Positions 1 through 8,510 of a DNA stretch of 64,000 bases are shown piece after piece; the first letter of the stretch is position 1; each line of letters starts with the position of its first letter. The notes under the pieces were generated by a model, which ran no database searches, was not told the DNA's origin, and was given only the letters and a program-made list of their open reading frames with translations. The translations under genes were made by a program, and so were the position numbers. The stretch comes from Blautia sp. (GTDB lineage: Bacteria > Bacillota > Clostridia > Lachnospirales > Lachnospiraceae), in contig JAFWGA010000036.1 in assembly GCA_017515325.1 (NCBI GenBank), forward strand, positions 20,516 to 84,515. Reading direction: 5' to 3'.

Positions 1-272
1 ACATGACGAAACGAGAGCAGGCATGCTCACTGAAGAGACGGACATGGAATCGCTCGATGAGCTTTTCGGCGTCCGATGCCAGATGATGTGATAGCAATCT
101 TGAAATTCGCGGGTACTTTTCGAGCTTTATGAGAATGGACATAGCGGAGTCGACTGGGAGTCCAAGCTGGTCAGGCAAACGGCGCACAAAGCGCACGGCA
201 GGCTCCTGGACATTTGGCCGCTACTTTGAGCATGAAGCTACGTTTATAGCCCATGAGGGAAAGGAGTATGGA

Positions 273-599
273 ATGATGAAGAAACTGATGGTCCTTTTTG
301 GCGTGATGATGCTGGTTGCTCTTCCTGGCTGTGGCGGCATCTCGGAAAAGAATCTGAGCCGCGCCTGGTATGAGAAAGGCTATTCGTCACCAGCGTTCAT
401 CCTCTATGATGACGGCACCTGCGAGATCGCCGGGGAATATGGTTCCGGCACCTGGGCGCTGGTAAATGGCGATACCTTGAAGTTGAGCAATTATTATGGG
501 GAGTCCGAGACCGGCAAGGTCGACAGCGTGACATCGAGCGAGCTTCACCTCAGCGGCGGCGGAGAGACTTCTGTATTCTACAGCTCGCCGAGGAAGTGA
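273..599 (+). CDS. Small lipoprotein, hypothetical (short beta-rich domain)
   Basis: RBS AAGGAG at 261-266; MMKKLMVLFGVMMLVALPGC is a signal peptide with a lipobox Cys. Start moved from the ORF-track 129. Confidence 0.75.
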   Translation: MMKKLMVLFGVMMLVALPGCGGISEKNLSRAWYEKGYSSPAFILYDDGTCEIAGEYGSGTWALVNGDTLKLSNYYGESETGKVDSVTSSELHLSGGGETSVFYSSPRK

Positions 600-642
600 G
601 AGCATGGCCTTTGATCCATAGATGAATGAAAGGAGGCGGAAT

Positions 643-2100
643 ATGAGACGCGTTATGATGATGGCCCTGGCCTGCGCCGCGGCGTCCCTGCTCAGCGTGA
701 GCGCCTGGGCGACAGACGATGTGGCAGGCGCACTGTCGCTGATGGAGCCGGCGATCCATGCATATGCAGAAAGCAGCGGTTATGGGGAGGTGGACCTTTC
801 CTCGCAAGATGTCGACAGGTTCTGGAGCATGATCCGCATGTTCGGCATCTTCAGAGACCAGTATGACTATGCGCACGGAATCGCCAATGTTCGTGAGTTC
901 TTCTATTCCGATGAGGATGTGAGGGAGATCGCGTATTGCCTGTTCGACGATTTTGCCGGGAACGTGCCGCCATTTTATGTGGACCCGATGCATGGCCGGG
1001 ACATCGTGGATGGTTTGTACCATCTGGAGCCAGCCACTCCGCAGCAGCAACAGTTCGAGCTCCTGTCCTATCGGTGGAACGATGACAATAGCGTAGATGC
1101 CGCCTATGCCCTCAAATATAAGGAATACCGAGACGGGAGCATGGATTACTATGAGCGCTCGAGGCATTATGTCCATCTCGTGCCGAACGAGCATGCGAAT
1201 TATGCATCTCCGCATCCGCTCTTTTTTAGGATCCAAGCTATGAGCGGCGAGGAGACAGGAGGTTCCCCAGACAGTGTGGAAGATGGCACGGAGTCTGAAG
1301 AAATCCAGCGGATAGAGATTGGCGATACGATCGGTCAGGATATCAATGAGGTGGGCAGTGCTTTTGGAGGCATGATGTCGCAGGTGATCACGTCAGCTGG
1401 CGTGCTGACTCCTCCGGATGAAATGGAAGATAAAGTTAGGCGCATGCTCATCCAGGGGCTTACGGTGACGTTGGACGATGACGGGATCATCACGAGGATC
1501 GACCTTCAGGAGGCCCGGTCGCACAGCATCAAGGGCATATATGTCGGCATGCCGGTAGGAGAGGCCATCGAAACCCTCCATGCGAGGGGCTATACGCTCG
1601 AGGAAGCCGGAAGCACGAAGGGCGTCCTGGCTGTATGGGGCGGATATACCGACGGCGCGACGAGGCTGTCGTTCGTAACTGACCAGCATGCGCCCCATGG
1701 CTCGGTCACTTCGGAATCGGAGATGGACAAGGCTGCGCATATCGAGTCGATCACGCTGGCGTGGAGTGAAGGCGAGGATGCTGCTGGCGGCGACCATTCT
1801 AGCGCGGGGCATTCCTTCATCGGGCACTGGACGGGATATGATGTTGATGGCCGATATGACATCGAGTTCCGAGATGACGGGACGCTGACGATAACGTACG
1901 GAGAGAATACAGCATCACGTTATTGGTATGTGGCCCAGAGCATGGAGGATCTCCTCACAGGGGACGTGCCGACCGACCAGAAGGAAGGAACGATAATCTG
2001 CCATGAGGGATCGCCTGCCGTGATCCAGACGCTAACCTTCGAATGGCAGGATGAAGACCATCTCCTGCTGAATGGTGCTCTGTTTTCGCGGAATAAATGA
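643..2100 (+). CDS. Secreted multi-domain hypothetical protein
   Basis: AGGAGG before ATG 643; signal peptide ending SAWA; long open frame. Confidence 0.75.
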   Translation: MRRVMMMALACAAASLLSVSAWATDDVAGALSLMEPAIHAYAESSGYGEVDLSSQDVDRFWSMIRMFGIFRDQYDYAHGIANVREFFYSDEDVREIAYCLFDDFAGNVPPFYVDPMHGRDIVDGLYHLEPATPQQQQFELLSYRWNDDNSVDAAYALKYKEYRDGSMDYYERSRHYVHLVPNEHANYASPHPLFFRIQAMSGEETGGSPDSVEDGTESEEIQRIEIGDTIGQDINEVGSAFGGMMSQVITSAGVLTPPDEMEDKVRRMLIQGLTVTLDDDGIITRIDLQEARSHSIKGIYVGMPVGEAIETLHARGYTLEEAGSTKGVLAVWGGYTDGATRLSFVTDQHAPHGSVTSESEMDKAAHIESITLAWSEGEDAAGGDHSSAGHSFIGHWTGYDVDGRYDIEFRDDGTLTITYGENTASRYWYVAQSMEDLLTGDVPTDQKEGTIICHEGSPAVIQTLTFEWQDEDHLLLNGALFSRNK

Positions 2101-2179
2101 AACTGTCTATCAGAGAAGCTGATTTGATGGAACAGGTGTACGGGAGTCTGTCGATCGAGGTCGACAAACTCCCAAAATG

Positions 2180-2664
2180 ATAGGAAAGCCATTCTGGAGG
2201 AGATACTGGACAGCGACCTTCTGCTGCTTTCTTTCCCTCTTTATTGCTACGGGATGCCGGCATCCCTGAAGGCCCTGATGGACCGCACGCTTCCCCTTTC
2301 CAACATGGCAATGCAGAAGGTCGGTGACCGTTACGAGCATGTGGGGCAGGCTGATTTCAGCCATCTGAAATACTTCATGATCTGCGGCTGCGGTTTCCCC
2401 AACAGCAGGCAGAACTTTGAACCGGCTGTCATGCAGTTCAAGCTGTGCTTCCCCTGTGATCACACGATCATCACCGTTCCGGAAAGCCCGATGTTCAATG
2501 CGATAGAAGCGGCAGTTGTGACGGCACCAAGACTGGAGCTGATCAAAAAGGCTGGACGGCAGTACACCGAAAAGGGCGAAATAGAGGCAACACTTCTGGC
2601 AGAGATCACTTCTCCGATGCTTCCCGAGGATCAGTACGCTGCTATTGTGAACAGCGGTGTGTAA
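2180..2664 (+). pseudogene. 5'-truncated flavodoxin-like NAD(P)H-dependent oxidoreductase
   Basis: Frame reads ILEEILDSDLLLLSFPLYCYGMPASLKALMDR. In-frame stop at 2125-2127 and the N-terminal FMN-binding half is missing. Confidence 0.7.
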
Positions 2665-2673
2665 TCTGGGAAA

Positions 2674-3090
2674 ATGAAAGCGAGTCTGACCGTATTTTTC
2701 GAGGATCCTTTCTGGGTCGGTGTCTTTGAACGTATCAGGGATGGAAAGCTTTCTGTCTGTAAAGTGACCTTCGGGGCGGAGCCGAAGGATTATGAGGTCT
2801 GGGATTACATCCTTCACCACTACTATGAAATGGTTTTCAGTCCGGCCATCGAAACAGAAACAAGGCAGACGGCGGATAATCCCAAGAGAAGGCTCCGAAA
2901 TGCCAGAAAGCATTTGGAGAAAACCGGTATAGGCACAAAATCACAACAGGCTCTTCAAAGACAGCGGGAAGAAATGAAAACGGAGCGCAGGCAGATCAGC
3001 CGGGAGGAACGGGAAGCGGAAGTCCAGCTTGGGCATATAAAAAAGGCAGCCAGGGAGCATGGACGTACACCATGGTCTGGAACATACTGA
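2674..3090 (+). CDS. YjdF (DUF2992) family protein with replaced C-terminus
   Basis: LTVFFEDPFWVGVFER...TFGAEPKDYEV...NPKR...IGTKSQQAL. The usual KQQKRKEKHRGH-type tail is absent after about 3020. Confidence 0.8.
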   Translation: MKASLTVFFEDPFWVGVFERIRDGKLSVCKVTFGAEPKDYEVWDYILHHYYEMVFSPAIETETRQTADNPKRRLRNARKHLEKTGIGTKSQQALQRQREEMKTERRQISREEREAEVQLGHIKKAAREHGRTPWSGTY

Positions 3091-3406
3091 AGCAGGAAAT
3101 GTACTATGGAGCAGTAGTCGGCCATAAACGGGAGTATGTTATTCCTTGTCACAGAACTTCAAGAGCAATTCCAAGAAAAGGGCATATTATCGTCGAGGTA
3201 CAGCACGATCCGATAATCACAAAGGAAGAGTGACTGAAAGCTCAGGAAGTAGTGCAGAAAATGAAGAGCAAAGTCAAATTCAGGAGCAGACGGAATTGAC
3301 CAATGATATGTTGAAGGCCTTTGTAGACCGGGTGCTTGTGTATGCGGAAGACAGGATTGAAATTGAATGGAACTTTTCTGAAAGGTTGTTTTCTGAATTG
3401 TTGTGA
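3021..3406 (+). pseudogene. Relic of a large serine recombinase (recombinase-domain piece plus C-terminal piece)
   Basis: 3060-3233 reads WTYTMVWNILKQEMYYGAVVGHK...IIVEVQHDPIITKEE*. Another frame ends ELTNDMLKAFVDRVLVYAEDRIEIEWNF. Confidence 0.7.
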
Positions 3407-3410
3407 CCTT

Positions 3411-3448
3411 GAAGCTGGCTGGAGAAATCTGGCCGGCTTCTTTTTTTT
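3411..3448 (+). terminator. Rho-independent terminator
   Basis: GAAGCTGGCTGG..CTGGCCGGCTTC stem followed by a T8 run. Confidence 0.65.
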
Positions 3449-3555
3449 ACTCTGTTCAGATGCGGATGCTTTTGCTATACTGGACTAAAGTAGGAAAACA
3501 GTTTGAGCCCCTTGAAATGATCAGGGTCAGTATGATGAAAGAGAGGAAGGAACAT

Positions 3556-4188
3556 ATGGGAAAATCGCTGGTGGCTGTGAATGCCGGACCCCGCTCCGGG
3601 TGGAATACGGATACGCTTATTTCTGAAGCAATTAAGGGCGCTGAATCAAAAGGCGCTGTTGTACAGAGGTTTGATCTGTTCAGGCTGGAGAAATACACCG
3701 GATGTATTTCATGCTTTGGATGTAAGAAGGAAAAGTTTAAAGGGCATTGTATCTGTAAGGATGGACTGGCTCCTGTTCTGGACGCTATCAGGGAAGCAGA
3801 TGGGCTGATTATCGGCTCGCCAAACTATCTCAGTGAGCTGACAGCATCTTTTCGGGCATTGTATGAACGGCTGATCTTCCAGAACCTGACCTATAATGTG
3901 GAGACACCGTGCTGTAATGAACGTCTGATACCGGTTCTATTGATTATGACCAGTAATGCGCCTGATACGATGTATCTGAATATGATCCGGTCTTATCAGC
4001 AGACTTTGAGCCGCTTTGTAGGACCGACGGAGGTACTGGTCAGTGGTGATACACTTCAGCTGAAAGATTATAGCAAAACCGACTGGCAATGGACGATGTT
4101 TGATCCGGAGGCAAAGCAGAAGAGGCATGATGAAGTATTTCCGGAGGAAATGAAAAAAGCATACGAGATGGGGATGGCACTGGTATGA
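3556..4188 (+). CDS. Flavodoxin family protein (iron-sulfur flavoprotein-like)
   Basis: NAGPRSGWNT, GCISCFGCK...C, IIGSPNY motifs; RBS before ATG 3556. Confidence 0.85.
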   Translation: MGKSLVAVNAGPRSGWNTDTLISEAIKGAESKGAVVQRFDLFRLEKYTGCISCFGCKKEKFKGHCICKDGLAPVLDAIREADGLIIGSPNYLSELTASFRALYERLIFQNLTYNVETPCCNERLIPVLLIMTSNAPDTMYLNMIRSYQQTLSRFVGPTEVLVSGDTLQLKDYSKTDWQWTMFDPEAKQKRHDEVFPEEMKKAYEMGMALV

Positions 4189-4481
4189 TACTGTTTGGTG
4201 ATATCAATAAGGGGGTAAAGGAGTATAAGTCTACTACAGGCGCTGTCCTTGTGGACGTGAGGGAGAGGACGGAGTTTGCTTCCGGTCATATTATGGGTGC
4301 GATCAATGAGCCGTTGTCGATGATTCCTAAGACATCTCTGCCAAAGGAGGTACCGTTATTTTTATATTGTCTCCGGGGAAGCAGAAGCAGGAAGGCTGCC
4401 AGTATCCTGAAAAAAATGGGGTATGAAAAGGTGAAAAGTATCGGTGGGATCAACAGATATAAGGGTGAACTGGTAAGATAG
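4185..4481 (+). CDS. Rhodanese-like domain protein
   Basis: LVDVRERTEFASGHIMGA, YCLRGSRS, SIGGI. Confidence 0.85.
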   Translation: MILFGDINKGVKEYKSTTGAVLVDVRERTEFASGHIMGAINEPLSMIPKTSLPKEVPLFLYCLRGSRSRKAASILKKMGYEKVKSIGGINRYKGELVR

Positions 4482-4745
4482 AAAGGAATGTATCAAAACA
4501 GGCGGAGGATTGAAACGGGAAAAAGTAATTCCGGATACAGATGAAAGACGCGGAAGGCAAATACACCAGTGTCTCCGCATGATCAGAGGAGGAAGTAAGG
4601 GTCAGGTATCTGAAAAAATACAAAGAGATCGAGGACGCCAGGTTTCGGTAGATGAACCGACGGTGAAGGTGACTATGGATATTCAGCAGGAGCTGTTGTC
4701 TGGCAACATCAGAGCGGTAAATCTGCTATTTATGGGGGGCAGCGT

Positions 4746-5438
4746 ATGAAAGACGGAATTGTTATAAAAGCCATGTGGCTGCTTATGGGAAGTGCGGTGA
4801 AAGCATCACTTCCCATTCTCGGTGTAAACGATCCTAAGACCTTTTGGAAAGAATCGAAAAAGATATACCGGAGAGAAATGAATAAACTGCCTGAATACGG
4901 GCCGAATGATATCTTGAAGATAAATCTTGTGCATGCCGTTATGCTCGGTGCGGTATATGAAGTCTGTGACCCCAGACCGGACATAGACGCACTGACAAGG
5001 TTTTACAGAGAATTGTTTCTCCGGCAAAGGTTCCTTATAGCTGCTTTAAAGCGGAGAAATATACTGAAGCCTTCCGAGGTAAGAAGGCAGAGCGCGATCG
5101 GCGAAAGGAGCCGGAAAGCCACACACCCGTTTACGTGGCAGTTCACGGTCCATGTCGAGGATGAAAATCGATATACTGCCGTTTTTACCAGATGTGGCAT
5201 ATACGATTACCTGAACAGCCGGGGTATGGCGCATATTGCTCCGGCCATGTGCGCCATAGATTATCTTTTCGGAGAATGCAGCAATCACTGGTTCCTGCGC
5301 GAATCCACGATAGCAACCGGAGGAGATGTCTGTGATTGCGGCTACGTCAGTAAAAGAGCAGCGACGCCTGATGAGATACGTCGGTCAAAAGAGAACAAAA
5401 AGTCGGAAGCAATACGCGGCGGACGTAAAGAGTTTTGA
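4746..5438 (+). CDS. L-2-amino-thiazoline-4-carboxylic acid hydrolase-like protein
   Basis: FTRCGI...MCAIDY...TIATGGDVCD Cys pattern. Confidence 0.7.
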   Translation: MKDGIVIKAMWLLMGSAVKASLPILGVNDPKTFWKESKKIYRREMNKLPEYGPNDILKINLVHAVMLGAVYEVCDPRPDIDALTRFYRELFLRQRFLIAALKRRNILKPSEVRRQSAIGERSRKATHPFTWQFTVHVEDENRYTAVFTRCGIYDYLNSRGMAHIAPAMCAIDYLFGECSNHWFLRESTIATGGDVCDCGYVSKRAATPDEIRRSKENKKSEAIRGGRKEF

Positions 5439-5892
5439 ATTAAGCAAGGTGAAAAGAACAATGAAGCAAAGCTTCGAGAATGGAGTGTTCGTTTTTCTTC
5501 TGTTACAGCAAAGAGTTATATGCGAGGTTACCGGGATATCTACAAAAACGTAGGGCTGTTCCATAAGCTGATGATCCACTTCTGCGACAGGCTGGTAAGA
5601 ATGAAGATCGTTAAGATCGAATTCAAGACAGACGACATGATGGGGGCCGCTCGAAAGAAAGCATAAGGAGTTGCAGATATGGCAAGAAAGGATTCGGAAA
5701 ACCAGAAGAAAAGCATGAGTCTCCTGTTTCGAGGGAAAGAAATATTCAAGCCGCTGAATACCGGATGGATTGACGAACACGTTGCCTGCGTGCGGGAGTG
5801 GTGTAAACGGCACCCTCGCTGTCATCATCAGCGGCGGCGGGGAGATAACATGAGGGATTGTTTATGGCAAAGCAGGTCAGATATCTAAGACT

Positions 5893-6082
5893 GATATGGT
5901 CAAATGCCCTTATCATGATACATGCGTAAAATATGGCTGCCCGGAGATCGTTAAAGGGATTTTGCGATGCGGACGATGTCTGCTACGGGAATATGCACCC
6001 AAAGATTTCCTGGGACAGGACAAAGACCATCGGCCACGGCGATGATATCTGTGACTTCAAGGTTCATATCAAGGAGAATTAA
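5893..6082 (+). pseudogene. C-terminal fragment of a second ATC-hydrolase-like gene, frameshifted
   Basis: DMVKCPYHDTCVKYGCPEIVKG, then a +1 shift near 5956 to FCDADDVCYGNMHPKISWDRTKTIGHGDDICDFKVHIKEN*. Confidence 0.7.
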
Positions 6083-6139
6083 GTCGCGTCAAGTCTTTCC
6101 TTCGGCAGTTTTGAGCAGGGCTCCGCAGGATAAATACCA

Positions 6140-6168
6140 TTGACAGCAAGCATAGCAAGTGATACTAT
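6140..6168 (+). promoter_or_regulatory. Sigma-A promoter
   Basis: TTGACA-17 bp-TACTAT with a TG extended -10. Confidence 0.65.
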
Positions 6169-6241
6169 AACAGATAGATACAACTAACCATCGTTATCAT
6201 ATTAAAACTGCCATAAATTGGCAGGTTTTTGCGTATGGAGA

Positions 6242-6255
6242 TTAGCGATTGCTAA
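6242..6255. promoter_or_regulatory. Palindromic operator TTAGC-N4-GCTAA (DtxR/MntR-like)
   Basis: TTAGCGATTGCTAA; same core as the site at 6498-6521. Confidence 0.5.
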
Positions 6256-6275
6256 CCAAAGGAGAATGACCACTG

Positions 6276-6431
6276 TTGAATACAAAGGAACTGCACCTTC
6301 TGTTTACAGCGTATACGACTGCGCTGTTCGAACCGGTCATTCATAACTACTCACAGGGAGAGGCATTACGCTGTCTGGAAACGGTGGAGGCTTTCTTTCT
6401 GCCCGGTTGGAAAGACCTGATGGGGTTTTAA
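6276..6431 (+). pseudogene. C-terminal remnant of a TetR/AcrR regulator
   Basis: KELHLLFTAYTTALFEPVIHNYSQGEALRCLETVEAFFLPGWKDLMGF* resembles the tail of TetR proteins found before paired ABC transporters; the HTH is missing. Confidence 0.65.
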
Positions 6432-6497
6432 CCCTATATCACTCCGTCAATCACACCGCCTATCTCTTGCTTTGAGAGGTAGGCGATGCGTTTGAAC

Positions 6498-6521
6498 GGT
6501 GGTTAGCTAACGCTAACCACC
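6498..6521. promoter_or_regulatory. Palindromic operator GGTGGTTAGC-TAAC-GCTAACCACC
   Basis: Perfect 10-bp arms just upstream of the ABC start. Confidence 0.55.
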
Positions 6522-6547
6522 GTACGTTAACTAACAAAAAGGAAGGG

Positions 6548-8509
6548 ATGTCAATGAAAGAAAAGAAACAAAGCGACTTGTTCGTGTTGCTGAACTTTGC
6601 AGGCAGTTACAAGAGACTGACCTTTCTGGGGCTTGGTCTCTCGGCAGTGGCCATGATCCTGGGGATGCTGCCGTATATCTGCATCTGGCTGGTAGCGCGG
6701 GATCTGATCTCCGCAGCCCCGAACTGGACGCAGGCAACGGGTATTGCCCGTTACGGTTGGATGGCATTTGCGTTCGCATTTGCGGGAATCCTCGTCTATT
6801 TCACGGCGCTGATGTGTACGCATCTGGCGGCATTCCGTACAGCAAGCAATATCCGAAAAAAAGGTATGGCGCATCTGATGAAAGCGCCACTTGGTTTTTT
6901 CGATTCGAATGCCTCCGGCCTTCTCAGAAACCGGCTGGACGGGGCTGCCGGAGAGACAGAAACCCTGCTTGCCCACAACCTTGCCGACATAGTCGGCAGT
7001 ATCGCCATGCTCCTTGCGACGATCGTGCTGATGTTCGTGTTCGACTGGCGTATGGGCGCTGCCTGCCTGCTGGCGGCTGTTGTCTCCGCAGGTGCAATGT
7101 TCTCCATGATGGGCGGTAAAAACGCCAAGCTCATGGCGGAGTATCAGGCGGCTCAGGATGTGATGAGCAAAGCCGGTACGGAATATGTGCGCGGGATCCC
7201 TGTGGTGAAGGTCTTCCAGCAGACGGTGTATTCTTTCCGGGCCTTTAAGCAGGCGATTGAGGATTACAGCGCCAAAGCGGAACACTATCAGGCAGATGTT
7301 TGTCAGGTGCCCCAGGCACTTAACCTTACCGCTACTGAGGGAGCATTTGTGTTCCTTGTGCCTGTTGCGCTGCTCATCGCTCCGGGTGCACTGCAAGGCG
7401 GCAATTTTGCCGGTTTCCTTACGGATTTTGTATTTTATGCGGTCTTCTCTGCCGTGATCTCTACGGCGCTGGCCCGTGTGATGTTCGCGGCAAGCGGCAT
7501 GATGATGGCCAGTACGGCACTGGGCCGTATCAATCAGGTCATGAGTGTCCCGACGATGAAGATCACCGACAAACCGCAGACACCGAAGGACAACAGCGTA
7601 GTGTTTAAGGATGTGAGTTTCACTTATGAGGGCTCGGACCTTCCGGCACTGGATCATGTTTCCTTCCGTGTCGAACCGGGACAGACGGTCGCTCTGGTCG
7701 GTCCCTCCGGCGGCGGTAAGACCACGGCGGCCAGTCTCATCCCGCGTTTCTGGGATGTAAGTTCCGGCTCGGTTGAAGTCGGATGTGTGGATGTCCGACA
7801 GACAGACCCCCATGTGCTGATGGACAGCATTGCTTTTGTGTTCCAGAACACTCACCTGTTTAAGGCATCTGTTCTGGAAAATGTGCGGGCATCGAGGCCC
7901 GATGCTTCCCGGGAAGAAGTACTGGAAGCACTCTCCGCCGCGCAATGCGACGACATTATTGAAAAGCTGCCGAACGGCATTGATACCATGATCGGCACCG
8001 AAGGCACATACCTGTCCGGAGGAGAACAGCAGCGTGTGGCATTGGCACGTGCCATTCTGAAGGATGCGCCTATCGTAGTGCTGGACGAGGCAACGGCATT
8101 TGCCGATCCCGAGAACGAGGCGCTGATCCAGAAAGCCTTTGTGAAACTCACGAAGGGGCGCATGACGTCCAGTGGACGTCAGCTTTGCGCCGACCGGAGC
8201 GGGAGCGGAGAACGGACAGTAATTATGATTGCCCACAGACTTTCCACGGTTGTCGGTGCAGACCGGATCATCGTTCTGGATTCAGGCCATGTGGAAGAGC
8301 AGGGTACACATGCTGAACTCCTTGCCGCAAACGGGCTTTATGCACGCATGTGGACTGATTACCGGAAGGCCGTGAACTGGAAGATCTCACAAGGGACCCC
8401 CGCGAAGTCTGCTTCGTGGGGAGAGGACGAGCAGCGGAATGATCGAGATTGTGAGCCTGCGAGCAAGCGAGAGATATGCTGCTTGCGAGGAGGAAACGAG
8501 GAGGGATAA
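6548..8509 (+). CDS. ABC transporter fused permease/ATPase, subunit 1 of a pair (YbtP/IrtA-like)
   Basis: TM domain, Walker A GPSGGGKT, LSGGEQQR, LDEATA, IAHRL. Confidence 0.9.
   Translation: MSMKEKKQSDLFVLLNFAGSYKRLTFLGLGLSAVAMILGMLPYICIWLVARDLISAAPNWTQATGIARYGWMAFAFAFAGILVYFTALMCTHLAAFRTASNIRKKGMAHLMKAPLGFFDSNASGLLRNRLDGAAGETETLLAHNLADIVGSIAMLLATIVLMFVFDWRMGAACLLAAVVSAGAMFSMMGGKNAKLMAEYQAAQDVMSKAGTEYVRGIPVVKVFQQTVYSFRAFKQAIEDYSAKAEHYQADVCQVPQALNLTATEGAFVFLVPVALLIAPGALQGGNFAGFLTDFVFYAVFSAVISTALARVMFAASGMMMASTALGRINQVMSVPTMKITDKPQTPKDNSVVFKDVSFTYEGSDLPALDHVSFRVEPGQTVALVGPSGGGKTTAASLIPRFWDVSSGSVEVGCVDVRQTDPHVLMDSIAFVFQNTHLFKASVLENVRASRPDASREEVLEALSAAQCDDIIEKLPNGIDTMIGTEGTYLSGGEQQRVALARAILKDAPIVVLDEATAFADPENEALIQKAFVKLTKGRMTSSGRQLCADRSGSGERTVIMIAHRLSTVVGADRIIVLDSGHVEEQGTHAELLAANGLYARMWTDYRKAVNWKISQGTPAKSASWGEDEQRNDRDCEPASKREICCLRGGNEEG
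8157..8215 (+). repeat. REP-like palindromic element inserted in frame
   Basis: GGCGC-ATGACGTCCAGTGGACGTCA-GCTTT-GCGCC-GACCGGAGCGGGAGCGGAGA; adds 18 aa between KGR and TVIMIAHR. Confidence 0.7.
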
Positions 8510-8510
8510 G

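Noticed and set aside
4490-5890. Short ORFs 4510-4749 and 5679-5888
   Set aside because: No recognisable family; probably debris of deleted genes.
8439-8510. Longer N-terminus for ABC subunit 2
   Set aside because: This ATG lies inside the inserted repeat; the RBS supports ATG 8511.
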